This document shows positions 15,147 through 35,670 of a stretch of 64,000 nt of DNA, one piece after another. The translations under genes and the position numbers were made by a program. This DNA comes from the human T2T-CHM13v2.0 reference genome, Homo sapiens: NCBI RefSeq assembly GCF_009914755.1, contig NC_060927.1, one strand, 5' to 3'. The first letter of the stretch is position 1. Every line of letters begins with the position of its first letter. Below the pieces are notes generated by a model. The model was not told the DNA's origin and searched no databases. It saw nothing but the letters and a program-made list of their open reading frames with translations.

Positions 15147-15330
15147 CAGTAGTTCCTAAACACATGACTAGCCTCCCCAGAATCATCTGGGGTGCCTATA
15201 GAAGTGTATGATCCTGGGTCTCAGCCCAGACCACCTGATTCCCAGTGGCCAGGAGGTGAGTCTGGGAATCTGCACTTTGGCCAGGTTTCCCAGGTGATTC
15301 TGATGCATGGCCAGGCTGGGAAACCTCTGC
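15147..15330. mobile_element. MER5-type hAT-Charlie MITE
   Basis: agaatcatctgggg...ggaatctgcacttt...ccaggtgattctgatgca. Confidence 0.7.
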
Positions 15331-17142
15331 AGGATCTCCTCGTGTATAACACAATAGGACATGACAGTAATTTCCTGGATTTCATTACCCAAAGCTAGAC
15401 TCTTTCTCTTTTGCATAAACTAGGAAAAAGTGAACAAATAAGACAAAAGAAGAAGAAACCAAGGGTAAAGTTATACCAAAAGTTTCATTTGCACTCCTCC
15501 CTCTCCAGAGATCTAGAAGTTGTCTGAAGTGATGCACCACCATTGTGTGTTCTGGGCCACGATTAGGAGATGTGGTTAAAACACAACTGGCTCAGAGAAA
15601 GATGGTGAACCTACAGCTTAAAGTTGAACTTATGGAAAATGAGTGGCAGTTAAAATGGGATGAGTAATCATACTTGAGCTTGGAATCAGGGCTTCAGGAA
15701 AACCTCAACCAACTCCCTCAGACATCAGTGGCACTTTTGAGAGGAGGAATTTCAGAACTTGTGTCCTAGGGTCTTGGAGAAAGCAGATAATACCTCCCTG
15801 CAAGAGGGCGGGCCGAAGATAAACCAAAGCCAGGATGCAGAAGTCTGCCATCGCCATCAATTTAGAGAGGGTAGAGAGTAAACAGCGATGGATTTCTCCA
15901 GATCACCAACTCTGTGATTTTTAAAGAATGGGACAAATTAATGGTTTAGGGTATCATGACATACATCTTCCATCTCATTTTAGTGTATGTTTTATTTCTT
16001 TTTATAAATTGTCCTCTGTGATGTCACTTCTCCCCTCTGAAGCAATAAGTTTGTTTGCTTTCCCTGGCGTTAACCATATTTTTAAAAGCAAAAACTGTAA
16101 GGTACAACCCTGCCGTTTTTAGATGAAAGTAAATATATTTTATTAAATGTATTCATTTATGCAGGTTTCTGCTCCCTGTGAACACATGTGAAGACAGATA
16201 CTGCAGTGAGCACCAGCGATTAAAAATCGGATAAACTGGGGTCTTGTCCTTGAGTCTGAGATGTAGTTGTATAACCTTCCTGAGAAGTCACTGTATTTTC
16301 CTAACAACTTATTTTGCCTTAAATTTAGGACTCTCTCTCTCTTTCACTAACATCCATGATAAAGCAATTGCTTCTAAAAGTTGTGCTGTTTTATCCAAAT
16401 AGACATGAAATCCTCAAGCAACCAAAGTCTGTAATAGTTGGAAAATTTGGTTGTGGTACCTAGAACAAGCAGATTGAAATCCATGCTAAGACCCATGCAT
16501 GTGTTTATTTTCATTTAAACCTTTTATTTTCTCCTCCTTAGATTATTAAGGTGAACATAGCAGTTAGCATATTTCATCCTACAATTTTCACGCAGGAGAC
16601 GCATTTTTCCAATGGGTTTTCTATGGAATAATAGCATCACCAAATGCCTAAAGCAGTTAGGGCCATGGAGCCAAACACATATGAGATGTGTTGCATATCA
16701 ATATATGAACATGCATTCACAGGCGTGACATCAAATGCTATAGATGCACATACAAATTTGCATCTACAGGTGTGAACATAAGTGCTATATATACATATAA
16801 AAACGTGAAATGTGGTATATGCACATATTAATATGCACTCACAGGTATATAACACTGTTATTCCTTGTTCCTCTTAGAAAGTTAGAATTCATGTTAGCCT
16901 GTTAAAGACCCTGAGAAGTCCTGCAGTGAAGAAACCTGTTGAGCTCTTTTTAACCAGGAATTCACCAAACACTTATCAACAAAACAGGTAGAACAGTTCC
17001 ATAAAACCCACCTTGAGAGGCACTCAGGCTAATAATTTCCATATAGAATGGATGGGATAAAAGTCAGTCGTGGTTCTTGAGATAGTTATAAGATAGTAAA
17101 TGCCTTGGAAATAATGCTAAGATAAGTGAAGTAGCCAGGATG

Positions 17143-17143
<1 letters not shown>

Positions 17144-17180
<37 letters not shown>
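17144..17180. repeat. (TA)n(CA)n microsatellite
   Basis: Direct reading. Confidence 0.95.
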
Positions 17181-18204
17181 TGAATATATAAATATTAACC
17201 TATTGGTGTGATTATTAAGCTGGGAGGTTGGGGGGATGGACTAGACTAGAGCTGTGTGCCAAAAAGAAGGGAGTCATCAGCCATGGAACCGGGATTGTGA
17301 AGCAGAGATGCTGCCCTGCAACTTTAGTTACAAGAACCAGAAAGGAAGCACATGTTGGCTACCCTGAAAGATCATTCTAGCATCTTCGCAAAATACATTT
17401 CTTGAAATAGAGCCATAGAAAAACCTAAAAGAGGCAGAAGCACTCATTTCTTCACCTGTAGAAACCAAAGAACAGTGAGTCCCATGCCAGGACTTTATGA
17501 TGTTCATCTTCAGAAAATGCCCCAGCCTGCAGCACTATGCTATTCTCTTATCCCCCAAAACGATAATTCAGAGATTGACTACGGGGAAAAGACGCAGAAG
17601 AGTGAGAAATCAGAAAAATTCTGATTTGATGCACAAATCTCTTTTTGACCTTTTAATGGTCGTTGGAAAAGATGAATTGTGAAATGTTTTCTGTGGTAGT
17701 GTGACAGACATACAAAATTAGGAAGAATAGTGGAATGAACCCTGTGTACCCATATGCAGCTTCAACAATTGTTAGTGTTTTGTCTTGAAGATATAATTTA
17801 TTTGATAACAACTTTCTCGTCTTTGGCCTGTGGAAGCCACTTCAACTTGGTCCTTGTGACCTTTTGACAGTACCTCATTAGTCTTTGATAATTTCCTTGG
17901 GTTCTGCATAACAAGATATTACAGGCTTATTTTGTACATTTTCTGCCTCAAATCTGGAATCAGCCATTTTCAAGGGAGCCTTGGTTTTGTTTATTGGGAA
18001 ATGTTATTTAGAGACCACAATCTGGGCCTAAGTATTCATTGCTAATGGCTTTGCCAAAATCTTTTAAGTCTTTTTGGGAGTCAAACCTAGGAAATATATT
18101 TTTGTTTAGAAAGAGACAGTAAATCAAGTGCTCATGCTAATAGTTCTACTTCCACATCAAAATTGCGTGATTTTTAATTAACTTCTTGGATTCATACTTG
18201 TACC

Positions 18205-18580
18205 TTGTTTAAGTCTACTCTGGCTGCTGTTTAAAAAAAAAATACCGTAGGCTGGATGGATTAAATAGTAGACATTTATTTCCCACATTTTTGGAGGCTG
18301 GGAGGTCCTAGATGAGGGTGCCAGCATGGTCAGGTTCTGGTAACGGCTCTCTTCTTTAGTTAGTGAATGGCCTTCTTGCTGTATCCTCACGTGATAGATG
18401 GAGCAGGTTCGTCTCTGGTTTCTTCTTAGGAGAGCATGTATTCCACCATGAGGGCTCTACCCTTATGACCTCATCTAAAGCTAATTACCTCCCAAAGGCC
18501 CTGTCTCTAAAGACCATCACATTGCAGGTAAGAGTTTCAACATATGACTCTGGGTGGGATACAGTTCAACCCATAGTGTA
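18205..18580 (-). mobile_element. MLT1A-type solo LTR
   Basis: ggctgctg...ggaggctgggaggtcc...atgacctcatctaa...acagttcaacccatag. Confidence 0.75.
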
Positions 18581-18803
18581 TCTCTTTTCTCTTACACTAA
18601 AAATCTCACTTCCTAACCATATCAGCATAATAATTATTTAAGCTACAACATACAAAAATAATTTTCAAATATCCATATCAATATTGTTGCTAAAAGTAGA
18701 ATGACTCAGTATTGTTTAAGAATTCTTTGTAGGTTTTTTATTTTTAGGCTAAATCACAAGATGGAAATAGTTTGAAAAAAACTGTGTTTTAAAGTCATTT
18801 AAA

Positions 18804-18962
18804 GCGGAGTACAATGGCACACACCTGTAGTCCCAGCTACTCAGGAGGCTAAAGCGGGAGGATCACTTGAGCCCAGGAGTCTGAGGCTGCAATGAGCTAT
18901 GATCATGCCACTGTGCTCCAACCTGGGCAACATAGTGAGACCTCATCTCTAATAATAAAAAA
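18804..18962 (+). mobile_element. FRAM/AluJ monomer
   Basis: cctgtagtcccagctactc...gagcccaggag...gagacctcatctct. Confidence 0.85.
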
Positions 18963-19049
18963 GCCATTTGAAATACTTTTTGCTTTGTGGGGTTACTCCA
19001 ACAATTTCTTATACAGGAGGGTTTTTCGTTATTGTTATTTTTGATTTGA

Positions 19050-24353
<5,304 letters not shown>

Positions 24354-24585
24354 ACACTTTTTTTTTAACGCCTTTTTTTTATTATACTTTAAGTTTTAGG
24401 GTACATGTGCACATTGTGCAGGTTAGTTACATATGTATACATGTGCCATGCTGGTGCGCTGCACCCACTAACTCGTCATCTAGCATTAGGTATATCTCCC
24501 GATGCTATCCCTCCCCCCTCCCCCCACCCCACCACAGTCCCCAGAGTGTGATATTCCCCTTCCTGTTTCCATGTGATCTCATTGT

Positions 24586-28430
<3,845 letters not shown>

Positions 28431-28478
28431 TTATTTTGCTCGTTAGTTGATGCAGTTTCTTCCTAGTCTCGATGGTCT

Positions 28479-29495
28479 TTACATTTTGGCATGATTTTGC
28501 AGCGGCTGGTACCGGTTGTTCCTTTCCATGTTTAGTGCTTCCTTCAGGAGCTCTTGTAAGGCAGGCCTGGTGGTGACAGAATCTCTCAGCATTTGCTTGT
28601 CTGTAAAGTATTTTATTTCTCCTTCACTTCTGAAGCTTAGTTTGGCTGGATATGAAATTCTGGGTTGAAAATTCTTTTCTTTAAGAATGTTGAATATTGG
28701 CCCCCACTCTCTTCTGGCTTGTAGAGTTTCTGCCGAGAGATCCGCTGTTAGTCTGATGGGCTTCCCTTTGAGGGTAACTCGACCTTTCTCTCTGGCTGCC
28801 GTTAACATTTTTTCCTTCATTTCAACTTTGGTGAATCTGACAATTATGTGTCTTGGAGTTGCTCTTCTCGAGGAGTATCTTTGTGGCGTTCTCTGTATTT
28901 CCTGAATCTGAACGTTGGCCTGCCTTGCTAGATTGGGGAAGTTCTCCTGGATAATATCCTGCAGAGTGTTTTCCAACTTGGTTCCATTCTCCCCATCACT
29001 TTCAGGTACACCAATCAGACGTAGATTTGGTCTTTTCACATAGTCCCATATTTCTTGGAGGCTTTGCTCATTTCTTTTTATTCTTTTTTCTCTAAACTTC
29101 CCTTCTCGCTTCATTTCATTCATTTCATCTTCCATTGCTGATACCCTTTCTTCCAGTTGATCGCATCGGCTCCTGAGGCTTCTGCATTCTTCACGTAGTT
29201 CTCGAGCCTTGGTTTTCAGCTCCATCAGCTCCTTTAAGCACTTCTCTATATTGGTTATTCTAGTTATACATTCTTCTAAATTTTTTTCAAAGTTTTCAAC
29301 TTCTTTGCCTTTGGTTTGAATGTCCTCCCGTAGCTCAGAGTAATTTGATTGTCTGAAGCCTTCTTCTCTCAGCTCGTCAAAGTCATTCTCCATCCAGCTT
29401 TGTTCCATTGCTGGTGAGGAACTGTGTTCCTTTGGAGGAGGAGAGGTGCTCTGCTTTTTAGAATTTCCAGTTTTTCTGCTCTGTTTTTTCCCCAT
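28479..29495 (-). CDS. L1 ORF1p, intact 338 aa
   Basis: MGKKQSRKTGNSK...YQPLQNHAKM; full length, with coiled coil, RRM and CTD motifs (REKG, ARR, YPAKLS). Confidence 0.93.
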   Translation of the reverse strand: MGKKQSRKTGNSKKQSTSPPPKEHSSSPAMEQSWMENDFDELREEGFRQSNYSELREDIQTKGKEVENFEKNLEECITRITNIEKCLKELMELKTKARELREECRSLRSRCDQLEERVSAMEDEMNEMKREGKFREKRIKRNEQSLQEIWDYVKRPNLRLIGVPESDGENGTKLENTLQDIIQENFPNLARQANVQIQEIQRTPQRYSSRRATPRHIIVRFTKVEMKEKMLTAAREKGRVTLKGKPIRLTADLSAETLQARREWGPIFNILKEKNFQPRISYPAKLSFRSEGEIKYFTDKQMLRDSVTTRPALQELLKEALNMERNNRYQPLQNHAKM

Positions 29496-30401
29496 CTTTG
29501 TGGTTTTATCTACTTTTGGTCTTTGATGATGGTGATGTACAGATGGGTTTTTGGTGTGGATGTCCTTTCTGTTTGTTAGTTTTCCTTCTAACAGAGGGGA
29601 CCCTCAGCTGCAGGTCTGTTGGAATACCCTACCGTGTGAGGTGTCAGTGTGCCCCTGCTGGGGGGTGCCTCCCAGTTAGGCTGCCCGGGCGTCAGGGGTC
29701 AGGGACCCACTTGAGGAGGCAGTCTGCCCTTTCTCAGATCTCCAGCTGCATGCTGGGAGAACCACTGCTCTCTTCAAAGCTGTCAGACAGGGACATTTAA
29801 GTCTGCAGAGGTTACTGCTGTCTTTTTGTTTGTCTGTGCCCTGCCTCCAGAGGTGGAGGCTACAGAGGCAGGCAGGCCTCCTTGAGCTGTGGTGGGCTCC
29901 ACCCAGTTCGAGCTTCCGGGCTGCTTTGTTTACCTAAGCAAGCCTGGGCAATGGCGGGCGCCCCTCCCCCAGCCTCGCTGCCGCCTTGCAGTTTGATCTC
30001 AGACTGCTGTGCTAGCAATTAGCGAGACTCCGTGGGCGTAGGACCCTCCGAGCCAGGTGCGGGATATAATCTCGTGGTGCGCCGTTTTTTAAGCCCGTCA
30101 GAAAAGCGCAGTATTCGGGTGGGAGTGACCCGATTTTCCAGGTGCCGTCTGTCACCCCTTTCTTTGAGTCAGAAAGGGAACTCCCTGACCCCTTGCGCTT
30201 CCCAAGTGAGGCAATGCCTCGCCCTGCTTCGCCTCGCGCACGGTGCACACACCCATGACCTGCGCCCACTGTCTGGCACTCCCTAGTGAGATGAACCCGG
30301 TACCTCAGATGGAAATGCCGAAATGACTGTCTTCTGCGTTGCTCACTCTGGGAGCTGTAGACTGGAGCTGTTCCTATTCGGCCATCTTGGCTCCTCCCCT
30401 C
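29496..30401. promoter_or_regulatory. L1 5' UTR bidirectional promoter (sense on -, antisense promoter on +)
   Basis: CpG-rich L1 5' UTR with YY1 motif CAAGATGGCCG (- strand, ~30379-30389). Confidence 0.75.
29951..30165 (+). pseudogene. L1 ORF0 remnant in the antisense promoter region, premature stop at codon 24
   Basis: ATG at 29951 gives MAGAPPPASLPPCSLISDCCASN, then TAG at 30020-30022. The downstream frame continues GVGPSEPGAGYNLVVRRFLS. Confidence 0.8.
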
Positions 30402-30409
30402 ACACTTTT

Positions 30410-33250
30410 CATTAAATTCAAAATATTTTCTCATTTTCCTTATGGCTTCCTCTTTGACCTTGAGGTTATTTAAAGCTGTATCGTTCATTTGAAAATATTT
30501 GAGGGTTTTCCGGAAACTTTTCTGTTACTGATTTGGAGTTCTATTTTATTATGGTTTGGGAGCATTCTTTGTATAATTTTAATTCTTTTAAAATTGTAAA
30601 GATTTGCTTTGTGATCCAAAACATGATCTAACTTTGTGAATATTCCATATGAACATATATATACATATATTCTATATATATGTTTGTGTGTATATATACA
30701 CATATATATGTATATACCTGTGTGTGTATATATATATATATAGTGTTGTTGTTAAAGTTTTCTATAAATGTTACTTAGGTAAAGTTGGTTTCTATATTCT
30801 TACAGATTTTCTATGTATTCTACTTTTTCTGTTCCTTACCAAGAGAGGAGTGTTGCAGTCTCCAACTGTAATTGTAGATTTGTTTATTTCTCTTTCAATG
30901 TGTATTCATTTTTGGTCTCATTTATTTGAGGTTTGGTCATTAGATACATGCATATTTAGGATTGTTATGCCTTTTTAGTGAATTGGCTCCTCTGTCATTT
31001 TGTGATGTCCCTTTTTACACTTGTAGTATTCCTTGTTCTGAAGTACGCTTTGTCTAATATTAATATAGCTACTGCAGGTTCATTGTGACTAACATTTTCG
31101 TGGAATCTTTCCCCATCTTTTAGCTTTAATCTTTTCAGTATGCTTACAATTAATGTGTGTTCTTATAGATAGGACGTAATTGGGTTTCACCTTTTAATCC
31201 AGTATATCAATCTACCTTTTAATTGGTACATTTGGGCCATTTATTTTTTTTAAACAACTTGCCACATATTTAATGTAGAATATACTGACCATATTTAAAA
31301 TGCACATTTAGAAAATTTTTGACAAATGTCTATATCCATGAAACTATCACCACAAACAAGTATGAGTATATCCATTACCTCTAAAAATTTGTTTCTTCCT
31401 CTTTGTAATCCCTCCCACTGGTTTCTCTCCACCTAATTCTATCCCCAAGTTACTACTGATTTTCTTTTTGTCACTATCGATGAGCTTGTATTTTCTAGAA
31501 TTTTATGTAAATGGAATCATACAGTATGTATTCTTTGTTGGTCCAGCTCCTTACATACCATTTAATTATTTTGAGATTCACCATGTTGTGTAGTTAATAG
31601 TTTATTCCTTACTCTGATAGGATTTTGATTGATTTGCCTTTTATTTATAAAATAAGGAAATCAGTATAGATAGAACTGACATCTTAACAACACTGGGACT
31701 TCTAACCAATGCTCATACTCAAGCTTCCTTTCAATTCTAACAGCAATGATTCATGGTTTTCAGTAGTATATAGTTCCTGCACATCTGTTGTCAGATTTCT
31801 CTCTAAATCTGAATATTTTTATGCTGTTTAAGTAGTATTACTTCATTTTCCAACTGCTTTTTGCTACCAAAAAATCCAAGTTGCTTAGCTATATTGAATT
31901 TTATATCCTGCATCCTTTCTAAGCTTCCTTATCATTTCTAGTAGTTTTTGGTAGGTTTGATTACATTTCCTACAAATATGGACATACGGTCATCAAATAA
32001 AGATAATTTCTTCCTTTCTTTAAAATCTGGATGAATTTTATGTCCTTTCTTGCCTTACTGCACAGGCTGTAACTTCAAGTACAATGTAAAGGAGAAATGG
32101 TAAAATCAGACATGCTTTTCTGTTTCTGACCTTAAGGTAAAAGCATTTGGTCATTCATATAGACCATTTATTTTTAATGAAGTTACTGATATTATTGGCT
32201 TGAAATCTAGCACTTTTCTAGTTGATTTCTGCTTGTTCATCCTCTTTTTTTTCTGTCTTTTATATTGACTATTTTATGATTCCATTTTTTTCCTGCTATT
32301 GGCTTATTGTTTATATACTTTTAAGCTTTTTTTTTGTATTGGTTGCACTAAGGTTTACAGTATACATCTTTAATTGCTCATGTTCTATCTTCAAATAATA
32401 TTAAATTGCTTCAGGTGTAGTGTACTTACCTTAGGATAATATAATCCCAATTCCTGTCTCTTGTTTTAGCCCAGTCAGTATTTCTTCAGTGTATTTTTTG
32501 ACTCATTTTCTCTTTACTCAACTCTGGGATTCTAAATACTTGTTTGTTAGACTACTTGGTACTATTTTACTGCTTACTGAGCTTCTGTTCATTTGTGTTT
32601 TAACCTTGTTTTTCTCTTTGTTCTCTAATTTGAATAATTTCTATTGACCTGACTTCAGGTATACTGATCCTATCTTCTGTTGCATTCAGTCTGCCTTGAA
32701 TATATAACACTCAGTGAATTTTGCATTTAAAATATTTTATTCTTTCTGTTTTAAGATTTGCATTTGGTTCATTTATATAGTTTACATATTTCTGCTGGAA
32801 TTCCCCGTTTCATACCTCAGTATAGCCACTTTCTAAAGTTTAATTAATATATAAATATATTATTTAATATACTATATTATAAAGTATAATATATTACCAT
32901 TATCTACTAACTCTAATACCTGGGCCAGATGTTGGTCTATCTTTAGATTGATTCTTCTGTTGACTATTTTGTCACATTTTACTATGTGACACAATTACTG
33001 TACAAGTTTCTTCACATGCATAGTCAGTTTTGTACTTTGGATATTGTGGATGGTACATTGTAGATGTCCTGGATTCTGTTATATTCTTCTAGAGAATGTT
33101 GAGTTTTATTGTAGCATGTGTTTAAATTACCAGTGGATCTTCTTGTGCTTTTGGTGGCCTGGTTTTAGGCTTCAGAAGGTGATTTTGTTTCGTTTTTGCC
33201 TCTAGCCCTGGAATATGATATTTAGTTCTTAAAACTTTTCTCCTTTATCA
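30410..33250 (-). mobile_element. Old L1M fragments (continuation of the element split by the young L1), including a (TA/TG)n tract at ~30655-30742
   Basis: Sequence resumes the antisense L1M pattern directly after the TSD. Confidence 0.65.
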
Positions 33251-33377
33251 TGTACAGAATTTATCTGTACTAGTTAGAACTGATACACAGGTGTTACATT
33301 TCTGGATTTTTGAATTTGAACTTTTAGAGTTTAAACAAGTCTTTTTTATATAAGAAACATGCTGATTAAAGAGAGTT

Positions 33378-35670
33378 GGTGTCAAATCCAAAGAATCATT
33401 GCTCAGACTACTGCTGCATAATTTTTCCCCTGTGTTTTCTGCTAGTAGTTTTATAGTATCTGGTGTTACATGTAAGTCTTTAATCTATTTTGAGTTGATT
33501 TTTGTACATAATGTGCGATAAGGTCCAGTTTCATTCTTTTGCAAGTGGATATCCAGTTGTCCCACACCATGTGTTGAAGAGACTGTCCTTTTCTCAGGGT
33601 GTATTCCAGTAAAAATCGGTTGACCATATTTGTACAGGTTCATTTCTGGGCTCTTTATTCTGTTCCATTAATAGATGTGTTTATTTCTTTGCCAGAATCA
33701 TGCTGTTTTAATTACTATAGCTTTGTTGTATAGTTTGAAATTATGTAGTATGGTGTCTCCAGCTTCACTGATTTTTACTTATGATGGCCTTGGCTGTTAG
33801 GGACTTGTGGTGATTTCTCATGAATTTTGGAATGTTTTTTCTATTTCTACGGAAAATGAAATTGGAATTTTGATAGAGATTGCATTTAATCTGTGGATCA
33901 GTTTGGGTTGGATGGACATCTTAGCAATATTGATTTTTCCAATCTACAAAAACAGGATATTTTCCATTTTTGGTGGCTTCTTTAGTTTCTTTCATCAATG
34001 TTTAATAGTTTTAAGTGTACAGGTCTTTGACCTCCTTGGTTAAATTTACTCCTAAGCTTTTTTTGTGGCTATTATAAATGGGATTGTCCTCCTCATTTCT
34101 TTTTTGAATAGTTCAGTGTTAGTGTACAGAAATGCTAAAAACTACACATTGGTCTGGGCAATGTTTTTTTAGGTTTGACCCCAAAAGCATAGGCAACAAA
34201 AGCAAAAATAGACAGATGAGATTGTGTCAAACTAAAAAGCTTCTTAACAGCAAAGGAAACAATTAACAGTGTGAATAGACAATCTACAGATTGAGAGAAA
34301 ATGTTTGTAAGCCATATACCAGAAAAAGGGTCAGTATCCAAAATATTATAAGGAATTCAAACAACTCAACAGCAAGAAAACAAAACAAAAACCCCAGTTA
34401 AAAAGTGGACAAGGGACCTGAATCAACACTTTTCAAATGAAGACATAGAAATGGCCAATAGATCTATGAAAAACATGTTCAATATCAGTAATCATCAGGG
34501 TTATACAAATTAAAATGACAATGAGATATCATTTCACACCTGCCAGACTAGCTCTTATTAAAAGGATGAAAGATAACAAGTGTTGAGAAGGATGTGGAGA
34601 AAAGCGAAACTTTGTACACTTTTGGTGGGAATGTAAATTAGTACAGCCATTATAGAAAACTGTATGGAGTTTCCTTAAAAACGAAAAATAGAATTACCGT
34701 AAGTTGTAGCCATCCTACTTCCGGGTATTTACCCAAAAGATTTGAAATCAATTTTTTAAAGAGATGTCTGCACTCCCATCTTTACTGCAGCACTTTTCAT
34801 AATAGCTAAGTTATGGAATCAACCTAAGTGTTCATCAATAGATGAATGGATAAGGAAAATGCAGTATAAGCGCACAATGGAATACTATTTGGCATTAAAA
34901 AGAAGGAAATTCTGTCATTTGCAACATCATGGATGGAATTGGAGAACATTATTCTATATGAAATAAGCCAGACACAGAAAGACAAATACTGCATGTTCTC
35001 ACTTATATGTGGAATCTGAAACAACTGAACTCATAGAAACAGAGTAGCATGGTGGTAACAGAGGCTGAGGTAGAGGGAGGAATGGGGAAATGATGTTTGA
35101 AGGGTACAAAATCTCACACAGGAAGAATAAGGACTGTTTCTGGAGTTCTGTTGCACATCATGGTGAATATAGTTAATAATAGTGTATTGTACATTTCAAA
35201 ACTGCTACAAGAATAAATCTCAAATGCTCTCACCATGAAACATGGTATTTGAGGTGATGGATTCTGATATGATTTGGCTGTGTCCCTGCCCAAATCTCAT
35301 CTTGAATTGTAGCTCCCATAATTTCCATGTGTCATGGGAGGGACCCGGTGGGAGGTAATTGAATCATGGGGGTAGGTCTTTCCTGTGCCGCTCTCGTGAT
35401 AGTGAATAGCCACTATGTAAGACGTCCCTTTGCTCTTCCTTCGTCTTCTGCCATGATTGTGAGGCCTCCCCAGCCACGTGGAACCGTGAGTCAATTAAAC
35501 CTTTTTCCTTTATAAATTATCCAGTCTCAGGTATGTCTTTATTAGCAGCATGAGAATAATACAGATATGTAAACAATCTTAATCATTCCACATTTTATTC
35601 ATAAATTATAACATCACTTCATGCCCCATGAATATATACCAGTATAAATTGTCAGTTTACAACAAAATAA
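33378..35670 (+). mobile_element. L1MA-type element with inverted 5' part (33378-34136 minus, 34137-35670 plus)
   Basis: Abrupt switch from T-rich to A-rich sequence at ~34136; the plus part carries the ORF2 C-terminus and an L1MA-like 3' UTR. Confidence 0.8.
35265..35563 (+). mobile_element. THE1-type solo LTR (shortened) inserted in the L1MA 3' UTR
   Basis: tgatatgatttggctgtgtccc...ctttattagcagcatgagaa...taca. Confidence 0.88.

Noticed and set aside
16630-16860. Possible miRNA-like hairpin (tagatgca...tgcatcta)
   Set aside because: Only an 8-bp stem within decayed alternating purine-pyrimidine sequence, expected by chance.
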